The notes: a model not told the origin generated them from the letters alone. 64,000 nucleotides of DNA from Nitrospirota bacterium (GCA_963749655.1 CAVVOB010000038.1:118940-182939); one strand, 5' to 3'; positions 27,764 to 38,796 are shown, counted from the first letter of the stretch. Translations and numbers: made by a program.

Positions 27764-29552
27764 GAGTCTGTAGAAAAAGTCGATTTGAAAAGCATCATTG
27801 ATCCCGGGTAGCAAGTTTTTATCAGGGTGAGTTCTTGATTTGAGCTTTTGCGTGATTCAATCGGTCCTGGTCGATCTCGCTACTGCATTTTCTTTCTCTT
27901 TCTGCTTCCCGTTATCTCAACTTTCCGCGAACCCGAACCCGTATCGGTGCACTTTGAGCAGGTTGTGAACCACACAGTATAGCCGCCACTGGGTGCTTAC
28001 CTTCTTTTTCCCTCTGAGACTGAAGCGGTCGAGACCGAGACTCGATCGGATGTCAGCAAATACCGGTTCGACCGTCGCCATCCTTCGTCCGTAGATCAAC
28101 TTGCCGGCCACCGAGTCTATCTTCTCTCGCATCTTCTGCGTGAAGGTCTTTTCTTGTTTGTTGGTCCTGCCTGTGAAATGGGAGAACTGGCGCGTTTCGG
28201 TCACCTCGGGGTTCTTCAGGCACTGCGCGCGCTGCGTGCACGGGATACAGTCTCGTTTTGTTCCGTGATACTTGATCGCATGGAGTCCATGATGATTCGC
28301 GTTGCCGCATTTGTACATCCGTTTCCCGGCCGGGCAGGTGCAGAAGCTTTTATCCGGGCTCACCGTGAAGTCTCTCGGCTGGAAGACGATCGGCCGGTCG
28401 AATTTCTTTGCGATCTCTTTATTGAACCTCTCCTTATGCCTGTCGGCCGTAGCATATCGGGGATCGCGATGACGGAACTTGTTATCCGCGATGTATGCGT
28501 CGATGCCTTCTTCGATTACCATCTGCACGTTCATTGCGGAATGAAAACCGGCATCGGTCGTCAGTTGGGTCTTTTTGAAGATGTCCTCTTCTTTTCCGAT
28601 TATCTTGAAGTTTTCCCGGGTCCCTTCGACCATGGGTTTAAGTATTGCAGTCTCGGAGTCTCCGGTCGCATCGGCATGGACAACTACCTGGTGTTTGCTG
28701 TCCACCATGGCTACACCGTTGTAACCCTGGACTACTCCGTGCGAAGTCATCATATTCGCGCTTTCGTTGTCGGTTATGTTGCTCTTCCTCGGCCCCTTGC
28801 TGCCGGGCTTGTCGTCGTTATCGTTCATGAAGTCTTTTATCTTTTTGATCTTCGCCTTGAGGGTGGCTATATACTGCTCTTCCTTCTCGATTACCGCGTG
28901 GTCGGTCTCGGTTTTGTCCCGTTCCTTATGCTGAGCGATCATTGCCTTGATCGCCTTCTCCATCTTTTCTTTCTTACGTCGAAGATCCTTTTTAGTTCCG
29001 CTCCATTCCTTTGAAGCGTTCGAAGGGAGCTTGCAGCCGTCGATAGCGAACATCTCTTTGCCGATCAGGCCCATCCGGTCGCAGATAAAGAGTACTTCAA
29101 GGAAGAGCTTCACCGTCTCCTGGTCGTTCGATGAGATGAAATCGGCGATCGTGGTGAAGTGCGGCCGGGTGTCGGCGGAGAGGGCCATGAAGATGACATT
29201 CTCATTGCAACAGTCGGCGATCTTCCGGCTGGAGGTGATCCCTTTGGAGTAGGCATACAGGACGATCTTGAGCATGATCCGGGGATCGTAGGCCGGAGCG
29301 CCGGTTTCGTCGTTCCTGTACCGGAGGTCGAATGTCGAAAGGTCGAGATCGTTGTCGATCAGATAGTGGAGGGTGTGCTCGAAGGTGCCGGGGAGGATCT
29401 GTTTGTCGAAGCTGAGCGGGATGAACTTGCCTTGGGAATAGTCGTACTCTTTGTACTTCGCCATACGCCTCCCGTAGGTGAGGGGTTTTGATGTATCAGA
29501 AGTGCGTTTCGATGGCGTCAGTATAGCACAAAATGACTTTTCCTACACCTTC
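27764..29552 (-). mobile_element. IS1182-family insertion sequence, copy 3 (1789 bp, tandem with copy 2)
   Basis: Appears identical to copy 2; separated from it by AAC only; AAC at 29553-55. Confidence 0.9.
27917..29464 (-). CDS. tnp: IS1182-family transposase
   Basis: Same protein sequence as copy 2. Confidence 0.92.
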   Translation of the reverse strand: MAKYKEYDYSQGKFIPLSFDKQILPGTFEHTLHYLIDNDLDLSTFDLRYRNDETGAPAYDPRIMLKIVLYAYSKGITSSRKIADCCNENVIFMALSADTRPHFTTIADFISSNDQETVKLFLEVLFICDRMGLIGKEMFAIDGCKLPSNASKEWSGTKKDLRRKKEKMEKAIKAMIAQHKERDKTETDHAVIEKEEQYIATLKAKIKKIKDFMNDNDDKPGSKGPRKSNITDNESANMMTSHGVVQGYNGVAMVDSKHQVVVHADATGDSETAILKPMVEGTRENFKIIGKEEDIFKKTQLTTDAGFHSAMNVQMVIEEGIDAYIADNKFRHRDPRYATADRHKERFNKEIAKKFDRPIVFQPRDFTVSPDKSFCTCPAGKRMYKCGNANHHGLHAIKYHGTKRDCIPCTQRAQCLKNPEVTETRQFSHFTGRTNKQEKTFTQKMREKIDSVAGKLIYGRRMATVEPVFADIRSSLGLDRFSLRGKKKVSTQWRLYCVVHNLLKVHRYGFGFAES

Positions 29553-29608
29553 AACGCGCGCCTGACGCGCCGCCGTGTGGCGCGTCGCTGTCGAGGCGCA
29601 GGTTGGTT
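29553..29608 (-). other. attC of first cassette with IS inserted at the core GTT
   Basis: AACCAAC-ctgcgcctcgacagcgacgcgccacacggcggcgcgtcaggcgcgc-GTT, IS, GTT, IS, GTTAGTC. Confidence 0.9.
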
Positions 29609-29632
29609 CTCGCCTTTTTGGGCAGGCTACTA

Positions 29633-29938
29633 TTACTCAATTTTCGCTTGGCAATGTTTGCATTCTTTGGGGATAGAAAAAAATATATTAACTTGATTAA
29701 AAAGAGACGCGCCACAATTAGAACACGTGATTTTTCGATATGAGAAAATTTGGTATAAATAGATTGGGCCTAATATAAAGAACATGATCAGCATTATCTT
29801 ATCTGGTAGGTCAAAGAAGTTTAGCAGTTTTTCGCTGCCAATCAAAAGGAGCACAACAACTACGAATGTGAGAAGCACGCGCAAAACCCATTTGTTTTTT
29901 TCTCGCTCTATTTCATGTTTAATCATTATTTCCACCAT
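29633..29938 (-). CDS. First cassette: two-TM protein with C-terminal zinc ribbon
   Basis: Two TM helices, then CSNC...CKHC. Confidence 0.8.
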   Translation of the reverse strand: MVEIMIKHEIEREKNKWVLRVLLTFVVVVLLLIGSEKLLNFFDLPDKIMLIMFFILGPIYLYQIFSYRKITCSNCGASLFNQVNIFFSIPKECKHCQAKIE

Positions 29939-29948
29939 ATAGATTTAG

Positions 29949-29966
29949 AACTAACCAGTGTTTGTC
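29949..29966 (-). other. attI site
   Basis: GACAAAC-actg-GTTAGTT just upstream of cassette 1; core nearly complements cassette 1 R'' AACCAAC; no attC hairpin. Confidence 0.75.
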
Positions 29967-30043
29967 GAGCCCTTGCTAAGTCGTAAAGAGCGGATTTCCG
30001 TTCTTTACGACTTAGCAAGATTGATACCCTAATTCCTGCCGCG

Positions 30044-30073
30044 AGTATATTTTATCGTCAGCTCGGTTGTCAA
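30044..30073 (-). promoter_or_regulatory. Pc cassette promoter
   Basis: TTGACA-18-TATACT pointing at attI. Confidence 0.75.
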
Positions 30074-30087
30074 GGAAACTTTGTTGC

Positions 30088-30116
30088 TTGACAGGTGAAC
30101 GAATGTTCACTATAAT
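30088..30116 (+). promoter_or_regulatory. PintI promoter with GAAC-N4-GTTC (LexA-like) operator
   Basis: Perfect TTGACA-17-TATAAT; spacer holds palindrome GTGAAC-gaat-GTTCAC. Confidence 0.82.
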
Positions 30117-30175
30117 AGTAAACGAATTGACGGAGTTACGCACACAGGAGTTTAATTGTCTGGTGAGGGCTGACG

Positions 30176-31614
30176 ATGAAAAGCATACATCCGGAAATCC
30201 TCGCGCGTTTTGATAACATTCTGAAAATACGGCAACTTCCTTTTCCTGTGCGTCCCGATTACCGGAAATGGCTTAGGTACTTTCTGGATTTTCAAGCCAA
30301 ATATCCGCAGCCCGGGGAACGGTCGGATCAGGTCCGGCGTTTCTCTGAAAAACTCCGGTCAAAGGGGCAGACTGAAACGCAGGTACGGCAGGCGGCGGAT
30401 GCCGTATCGCTTTTTTTCGCGTCTCAGCAAGAGGCGCCTGTCGCGCCTGCATCGACCCGATCGGTGACTGTCCCTCATACTGTCGTTTCAATCGCCGCGG
30501 AACAATCGCGCACAGAAGGCCTCGTTGTGTCGTCTGGTGGGAGGGTGCCCGGTATGGTCTGCGACCCGCCCGGGTCGCCGGTTCCTGATGAACACATCAT
30601 GCGTCGCAAGGGCCGGTTTGATGATTGGCGTTGTCTGAAAAAAACAGGGTACCCTGCCTGGGACGCAATCATCGCCTCTCTTGCCGATGAGATCAAAACG
30701 AGGCATTACTCCAGAAAAACGCTCCAACACTATGCAAACTGGACCAGAAAATTCCAGAGCTATCTGTCGCATAAAGATCCGGCCCTGCTTTCGCCACAGG
30801 ACGTGAAGTGTTACCTTACCTATCTTGCAGTTCAGTGCAAGGTGTCCTCGTCGACGCAGAATCTGGCATTCAACGCATTGCTGTTCCTGTACCGGCATGT
30901 TCTGAAAAAGGATTTCGGAAATCACAAGGACATTCCCCGAGCAAAAAAGTCCACCTATGTTCCGGTAGTGCTCTCCCGCGATGAAGTCCAGGAGGTTCTT
31001 GCACGACTGGGACAGCCGTATCAACTTATCGCCAAGCTGCAGTACGGCTGCGGACTGCGTCGTTTTGAAGCGGTGAAGGTGCGCGTGAAGGACTTCAATT
31101 TCGATGCGGGCCTGCTCACGGTCAAGGGGAAAGGCGGCAAGAGCCGGGCAGTGCCGCTCCCGAACAGGATCTTGCCTGAATTGCTCGCCCAACTGGCATT
31201 TGTGAAAAAGGTGCATGCCGACGACCTGTGCTGCCGGTTACGCAGGGGTGTTTTTGGAAGACCAATTGGAAAGGAAGTATCCGAACGCGCCCCAGGGAGT
31301 TTCAATGGCAATGGTTCTTCCCGCAGGAATCATTAACGGTCGTGGCATCGTCCGGGGAAAAGCGACGCTATCACGTACATGACTCGCGGTTTCAGGATGC
31401 GATGTATTTTGCTGTTAAAAGAGCCCAGCTCACCAAGCGCGTAACTACACATACGCTTCGGCACTCTTTCGCCACGCACCTCCTGCAGGCGAACTACGAT
31501 ATTCGCACGATCCAGGAAATGCTCGGCCACTCGGATGTCAGGACGACGATGATCTACACGCATTGCGTTCCGAGCAGGACGGCGAAAGAGAGAAAGAGCC
31601 CGCTTGATTTCTGA
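30176..31614 (+). CDS. intI: Integron integrase, long N-terminus type (two apparent +1 frameshifts near 31228 and 31291)
   Basis: [29 protein letters not shown], restored IntI insert [56 protein letters not shown]. Confidence 0.92.
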
Positions 31615-31758
31615 TCAGAACAAACAGCCTGAACCGCGAGGGCGCCAGGGTCGCGAGGACGGCTTAGTCATAGGCGGATAAATTGAAGTTTAAGGTTTCC
31701 TGGCTACCTTCGCGCCTTCGCGGTGAAAATCGTCGAGTAATAGATTCCGTTCCTTCCT

Positions 31759-34700
31759 CTACCCCCCGATAATGCTCCGGTACAACTTCTTCGTCTCTTC
31801 CTCGGGTTCAAGATCAAGGTCCGCGCTGAGCGCCCGCTCGCACCGTTCGTAGGCCCTGATGGCCTCGCTCCTGCGGCCGTCGGACAGGTACCGCGTCATG
31901 AGCCAACGGCAGGCCTTTTCATGAGACAGGTCCGCAAGGAACAGCTTTTCGTAGAACGCCAGGGCCTTGTCTCGATCACCGGAGGTTGCTGCCGTGTTTG
32001 CGCCGTCTTCGAGGAGCGACAGGTACTGCTGCCGCAGCTTTTCGCGCACGGGCACGGCCCAGTCCGCAGAGGTGTCGTCAGCGAGGAAATCGCCCTGATA
32101 GAGCGTCGCGGCCTGTTCATACTCAGCGAGGGTCTTCGGAATATTTCGTTCCGCTTTCATCCTCCGGGCCGCTTCGACATGGCGCTGGAACTGGCCCACG
32201 TCGGTCCATACCCGTTCCCTGTTGAGGCTGATGAGGTCCTGCTCCTGCTGGATGCAGAAGATGTCCTTGCCTGCTTCGGCTTCGGGCTCGAGGACCTTCC
32301 GCACGCGGTGGAGCATGGAGTTGAAGGCGGGCCTGAGATCGGAGGATTCATTGTCCGGCCAGAGCGCGTCCATGGCCTGCTCCCGGGGAACGCTGCGGCC
32401 GTCGTGGGCCACGAGCATCTTGAGGAGCGTCTTGGCGCGCCTGCTCTTCCACTCCGCCTCACGCACCGGCGTCTGCTCCCGCTTCACCTGAAATCCCCCG
32501 AGACAGTGGATCCTGAACCGGGGCCGGGTGCGGCCGGCCGAAAGGTTTTCCATCAACCCTGTACAGTACTCTTTGCAGATGCCCATTGCCTGCGCCTTGT
32601 CGGCCAGGGCGTAAAGCTCCGCAGTTTCGAAGAGGGCATAGTAGGTAAAGCGCTTTTCCCGGCCGATCTCGAATCCCTGTTCGAGATGTTTGCGGCAGGC
32701 ATCTGTTTTGCCCTGTTTTTCGCAGACCTGCGCGAGCACGAGATGGGCATTGGCCTCCTGCTGCGCGGCCTTTATCTGCTGAAGCGCTTTGAGGGAGGCG
32801 GTGAGGTCCTTCTCCGCCCGGCTGTTCTTTCCGAGCTTGAAGTGGATGGCGCCGCTGGCAATGAGATAGATCCCGTGGAAGAGCCTGCTGCGCGAATGCG
32901 CCTGCGCTGCCAGCGCATAGTCCGATTCCGCCTTTGCCTTGTCCAGCCGGTGCTGGAAGAGATGGGCGATGGCGAGCAGATGGGCGGCCGAAGAACTGAA
33001 GAAAGCGTTGTGCGATTCTTCGCTCTTTTGCTTGCACTCGGAAAGCATACGTTCGGCGCCTGCATAGTCTCCCTCGGCGATCTTGAGCCAGCCGCCTATT
33101 TCGAGGGAAAGGAGCCCGATGGGCTCCAGGGCATGGGTGTCCGCAAGGCTTTTGCACTGGTCGATGCATTCCCGCGCCTCGGCAAAGCAGCCTTCGAACA
33201 GGGCGGTCATGGCCCTGGTCAGGAACAGGGCGGCCCGTCCGCCGGATTCTTCGGGGATCGCAGCCTGCGCCTCGAAACCCTTGCGCATGGCCTCGCGCGC
33301 CGTAGAGAAATCGCCTGCGTAGAGAGCGCAGGGCGCGAGGTAGATCGCGCTCTGGATCTGGTGGTAGAAGTCCTTTGAAGCGCGAAAGGAATCCAGCGCT
33401 TCCAGCAGCGCTTCCGAGCCCTGCCGCAGCCTGCCGATGAAGAAGCAGGCGATGCCGAGGGCCAGGTGAAGCCGCGCCTGCGCTTTCGACTCTCTGCGTT
33501 TCGTGGTGCGGAGCAGTTTTTCCGCCAGGGACGCGGCGGAAGCCATGCGCTTGAAATTCCCTCCTGTGTAAAAGCAGGCCTCGATGATGCCGCAGAGCGA
33601 GAGCATCAGTCCTGACGTGCCGCGAGAACCCTGCCTGCGGAAGCCCTTGAGCGCCAGCTCGAAAAAAGCGAGGGCCGTGCGGGGATCGGTGAACCGGCAT
33701 GCCGCGGCGCGATAGTACAGGAACCAGGGCCGGTTCCTCATGGCAATGGGCAGCGCTTCGAGCCACCGGACGAACGTGGCTGTCTGGCCGCGGGCGATCA
33801 GTTCCTCGCCGCAGAGCTCGATCTGAGCCACGGCCCGGCTGAACTGGCCTGATTCAATCAGGAGGTCCACGCTTCGCACCGGGTCCCCGGCCCGGCGGCA
33901 GTAGTCCGCCGCCGACGTATAGAGCTTCTTCAGCTCAAGGGGACGCGCCCGGGCGATCAATTTTCTGCGCAGGAACTCACGAAAGAGCGCATGGTAGCGG
34001 ATCACGGTCGCTTCCTCGTCCAGTGCTTGGACAAAGAGGTTCCGGTTTCGCAGGTCCCGCACCAGGGAGGAAACGGACGGCCTGGTCGATGACGAACGGG
34101 GCAGATCGGTCAGGATTGCCATGAGCTGTTCGGGAAGGACGTCGGCAACAGAGGTCCTTACCAGGAACTGCTGCAGGGATTCGGGCAGACGGTCGAAGAC
34201 CTCCTGGGCCAGGTAGTCGAAGGCATGAACGCGGAATCCCGCCGCGCGCCGGTCCCTGAGGGCCATGCCGCGTTCCGAGGGCGGGAGCGAGGCGAGGTAC
34301 TCGTGCATCAGCACTAGTCCTGCGGGCCAGCCTTCGGCCGTGCCGTTGATCAGGGCCGCCTCGCTCGGCGAGATCTGCATCCGGAACACGATGTTGAAGA
34401 GCTCCTGCACCTCTTCATCGATGAACCGCAGATCGTCGCCGATGATCTCCCCCAGGGACTGCGCGGCGCGGAGGCGGGCCAGTTCGAACTCCGGCCTGGT
34501 CCGGGAAAGCACCAGGAACCGGACGCCTTGCGGAGAGGCCGCGATTAGCGCGGTCATGATCTCCCGGAGGACCTCGGATGCTCCGGGGAAATCGTCGAAC
34601 ACGATGAGGCTCTGGTCAGGCAGGCTTCCCAGGGCGTGGTCCGGCCCAGCGCTCGACACCGGGGCGCAGGTCCTTCAGGCCGCGGTCGAACCGCGGAAGA

Positions 34701-34983
34701 GGCGCGGTCTTCGGCAGAGAGCCGGGCCAGGTGCGCTTCAGCGCCGAGGCAAGGGCGGAAAGAAAGACCGACTGGATTGTCGTCGTCAGGATCGAGGTTG
34801 TACCACAGAAGCGGAGAGGAAAGGGTGCGGCAGTATTCCGCCGCGAGCGTGCTCTTGCCCTGGCCTGCCTGGCGCATGGATGATCACGAGCTTCTTGTCC
34901 TCCCAGGAAAGAAGCCTGGTCAAGAGGCGCTCGCGTTCGAGCACTGCGGCTGTACGGGGAGGAAGGAACTTGGCGATATTCAT
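31759..34983 (-). CDS. MalT-like ATPase-TPR regulator with C-terminal wHTH/BTAD (several frameshifts in 5' part)
   Basis: KFLPPR..RERLL, GQGKST Walker A, EGWPAGL, RYHALFREFL, C-terminal BTAD (DLEPEEETKKLY). Confidence 0.85.
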
Positions 34984-35355
34984 GCACGACCTCCGATAGC
35001 AGGTTCGTATTCCTGACTACTGTCATGCACATAAGAATGGGGAAATTATAGGGACAGTTCCGGGAAAAAGCAATAAGAAATGAGCGCCTCAGACACGACA
35101 CGCCGATTGGCGCCTCCGCGCCTTGACAACCGGGAGGAGGGGACCTACACTTTAAAGAGAAAGGCGCCGGCGGTGCAAAAGTTCATGAAAAAGCAAAAGA
35201 TTTTTACCGCAGAGGTCGCGGAGAAATGCAGATTTCGAAATGAAAGAGGAATAGGTAAAAGAATGCCGGTTTAATTCGGTTGCAGTTCAAGAAGTTCTCC
35301 GCGTCCTCTGCGGTGAAATTTTTTAACACAACGAAGGCACCACGAAGGAGGTCCC

Positions 35356-37813
35356 ATGGACATCAAGGACCGGGAAGTCCCGCTACCCGAGCTTCGCCAC
35401 GTCTGCGACCCCGCTGAATTTGCCTTTCAAACCACCGACGAGCTTGCGCTCAAGGATGAAGTGATCGGACAGGCGCGCGCCGTCAAGGCCATCGAGTTCG
35501 GCCTCTCCATCAGGAACCACGGGTACAACATCTTCGTGTCCGGCATCCCGGGAACGGGCAGGAACTCCATCGTCAGGTCCATTGTGAAGCGCATCTCCCT
35601 TGAACGACCCGTGCCGGATGATTGGTGTTACGTCAACAATTTCAAGGACCCCGACCGGCCGAAGGCGGTAAAGCTGCCGCCGGGCAAGGGACGGGAGTTC
35701 CGGAACGACGTGGAGAAGTTCATCGAGTTCATGCAGAGCGAGATCCCCAAGGTCTTCGAGTCCAAGGAATACGAAGAGCAGAAATCGCGCATCCTGGAAG
35801 AAACGGAAAAGGCCAAGGAGGCCTTGTTCGAAGACGCCGGCAAGCGCGCGCTCGAATTCGGGTTCCAGCTCACGATCACGCGCACGGGCATCGTCAAGGT
35901 CCCCTTGTGGAAGGGGAAGCCGCTCACCCCGCAGGAGCTGGAGGCGCTTACGGCCGAACAGCGGCTCGAGCTGGAAGAGCCACGAAAAGAAGGTGGATAC
36001 CGGGATCCGCGATTTTCTCGCCAAGGCGCGCCAGCTCGACAAGGAAGCGCACGAGAAGATCCACGAGCTGAACCGCCGCATCGCCCATTTTTCCATGGGC
36101 CATCAGCTGGAGGACCTGAAGGAAAAGTACGGCGTCAACCCCCGCATTCCCGAGTTCCTCGCCGAAGTGCAGGAGGACATCCTCGGAAGCCTCCGCGAGT
36201 TCCTGGGCCAGACCCAGGAAATGCCCTTCCAGGTCGAAGGCATGGACAAGGGAAGTTTTGTCGAACGCTACAAGGTGAACCTCATCGTGGACAACGCGGA
36301 GACCAAGGGCGGCCCGATCATCGAGGAGTCGAACCCGACGTACAACAATATCGTGGGCCGCATCGAGCGCAAGGCGCGCTTCGGCGCGTTTTTTACCAAC
36401 TTCACCATGGTCCGGTCGGGGTCCCTTCTGCAGGCGAACGGCGGCTATCTGATCCTGAACGCCCTTGACGTTCTGAGGAGCCCCTTCTCCTGGGACGCCC
36501 TGAAGCGGGTCATCAAGAAGAGCGAGGTGAAGATCGAGGACATATACGAGCTTTACGGCTACAGCACCGGCGGCATCAAACCCGAACCCATTCCTGTTTC
36601 GCTCAAGATCATCATGCTCGGCAGTCCCTGGCTGTACTACCTTCTCCACAACTACGACGAGGACTTCCGGGACATCTTCAAGGTCAAATCGGATTTCGAC
36701 ACGCAGACCGCAAGCTCCACCGACGAGAAGACGCGCTACGCGAACTTCATCGCGAACATGGTAAAGCAGGACGGGCTCCTGCCGTTCGAACGGACGGCGG
36801 TTGCCGGCGTCGTGGAGCATGCGTCCCGCCTCGCCGAGAAGCAGAACAAGCTGTCGCTCCGCTTCGGCGACCTCTCGGACCTGGTGCGTGAGTCGTCCTT
36901 CTGGGCCGCGAAGGCCGGGAGCCGAACGGTTTCCGCCGAGCATGTGGAAAAGGCCCTTGAGGAAAAGATCTTCCGGGCGAACCTGTTCGACGAACGCATC
37001 CAGGAGATGTTCAACGAAGGCACGCTCATGGTCGACGTGTCGGGCTCCGTCGTCGCCCAGGTGAACGGGTTGTCCGTGTACGACATCGGCGATTTCATGT
37101 TCGGCAAACCATCGCGCATCACGAGCCGCGTGTACCTCGGCAAATCAGGCGTTGTCGCCATCGAGCGCGAGGCAAAGCTCTCCGGCCGCATCTACAACAA
37201 GGCCGTGCTGATCCTGTCGGGTTATCTGGGAGGCGTTTACGCGCAGGACAAGACCCTGTCGGTCTCGGCGACCCTTGCCTTCGAGCAGAGCTACGGCGAG
37301 ATAGAAGGCGACAGCGCCTCGGCGGCGGAGCTGATCGCGCTCTTGTCCGGGATAGCGGACGTGCCGGTCAGGCAGGACCTTGCCATCACCGGATCGATCA
37401 ACCAGAAAGGCGAGATCCAGCCCATCGGCGGGGTGAACGAGAAGATCGAGGGGTTCTTTGCCGTCTGCAAGAACCGGGGCCTCACCGGCGACCAGGGTGT
37501 GATCATTCCCGCCGTCAATGTCAAAAACCTGATGCTCAAGAAGGAAGTCGTCACTGCGGTGAAGGAAGGGAAGTTCCGGGTCTATTCGGTCAAGACCGTG
37601 AACGAGGCGATCGAGATCCTGACAGGAATTCCCGCTGGCGAAAGGAAAGAGAACGGCGCCTGGCCCGAAGGCAGCTTCAGTTTCCTCGTGGACAAGCGGC
37701 TGAAGGACATGGCCAGGAAAATGAAGGCGGACGACAAGGGCGAGGAGAAGAAGGAAAAGCAGGAAGAGAACAACGGCGCGCCGCAGAAGAAGGAAACGGT
37801 GCCGGGAGGGTAG
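35356..37813 (+). CDS. Lon-like (S16) protease with AAA domain (frameshift near 35980)
   Basis: IGQARA, DWCYVNNF, LQANGGYLIL, FEQSYGEIEGDSAS (Ser), PIGGVNEKIEGFF (Lys). Confidence 0.9.
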
Positions 37814-37919
37814 GGAAGGAGAAGGCAGTGAGAGTCAGAAGTCAGTATCCAGCAAGCAGCAAAAAATGACAAAGATAAAACACGGCCCCCGGATGCCGGA
37901 GGCCGTGCAAATAGACTCA

Positions 37920-38465
37920 TTACCGGCCGTAGTACGAAATCATTCCTGCTTTGGCAACGGCATGGCTGTTCAGCATGAATCCCACCAGCGCGGCACCCGC
38001 CTTTTCGTCCAGTTCGAGCTTCGGAACATCGAGAGCATAGAGCGTGAATATATAGCGGTGGGGCTTGTCGCCTGTCGGCGGACAGGCTCCGCCGAAACCC
38101 GGCTTGCCGTAGTCGGTCATGCTCTGGACGCTTCCCGCAGGGGCGAGTTTTTTCTGCGGATCGCCTGCATCGGCCTTGAGCTCGGTCACGTTCGCGGGGA
38201 TGTTGAAGATCACCCAATGCCACCAGCCGCTGCCGGTCGGCGCATCAGGGTCGTAGACGGTCAGGGCAAAGCTTTTTGCATTTTTCGGCGGATTGACCCA
38301 TTTGAGGGACGGCGATATGTTCTTTCCCGTGCAGCCGAAACTCGAATAGACCTGGTCGATGGTAAGCTGGCCTCCGATCTGGTCGCTCTGGAGCGTGAAT
38401 TCCTGCGCGCTTCCGATGCCTGCGAAAATCAGAAGCATCAAGCCTGCTAATAATACTTTCCTCAT
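37920..38465 (-). CDS. YbhB/YbcL family (PEBP) protein
   Basis: NISPSL.W, YDPDAPTGSGWWHW, GGACPP.GDKPHRYIF. Confidence 0.93.
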   Translation of the reverse strand: MRKVLLAGLMLLIFAGIGSAQEFTLQSDQIGGQLTIDQVYSSFGCTGKNISPSLKWVNPPKNAKSFALTVYDPDAPTGSGWWHWVIFNIPANVTELKADAGDPQKKLAPAGSVQSMTDYGKPGFGGACPPTGDKPHRYIFTLYALDVPKLELDEKAGAALVGFMLNSHAVAKAGMISYYGR

Positions 38466-38780
38466 GTCCTTTCTCCTTTCGTTCTTCTTCATTGATGGTT
38501 GCTGCTTTCGGTATGATGAACTCCGGAAAATCTTGAATCATTATACCATAGGTCGGAAATGCGTTGTTCCAGGTGGAGGCAGCGTTTGAAGATCGCAAAG
38601 GTCTGATCTCAGCAATTTACAGCGAGAGGATCAAACATCGTTTCTTTGTAGAGCGACAGCAACAGAACTGACGACAGTAAAACATCGTTTCTTGGCATTT
38701 CTGCTAAATCGAGATTCGAATTCTCATAAATGCCAAGACCGGCACGGAACCATATCGAGCAAAAACAACATGTTCTCTTT

Positions 38781-38796
38781 TGGCATCGCGGATGCA
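38781..38796 (+). promoter_or_regulatory. Candidate sigma54 promoter for the porin gene
   Basis: TGGCATCGCGGATGCA matches GG-N10-GC. Confidence 0.35.

Larger units (their letters stand above)
15751..31614. mobile_element. Chromosomal integron: intI, attI and cassette array
   Basis: IntI with integron-specific insert, divergent promoters, 9 attC sites each downstream of co-oriented minus-strand segments, lower GC, TA cassette. Confidence 0.93.

Noticed and set aside
15751-29608. CRISPR array suggested by recurring palindromic repeats
   Set aside because: The repeats are attC sites separated by whole genes; there are no constant short spacers and no cas genes.
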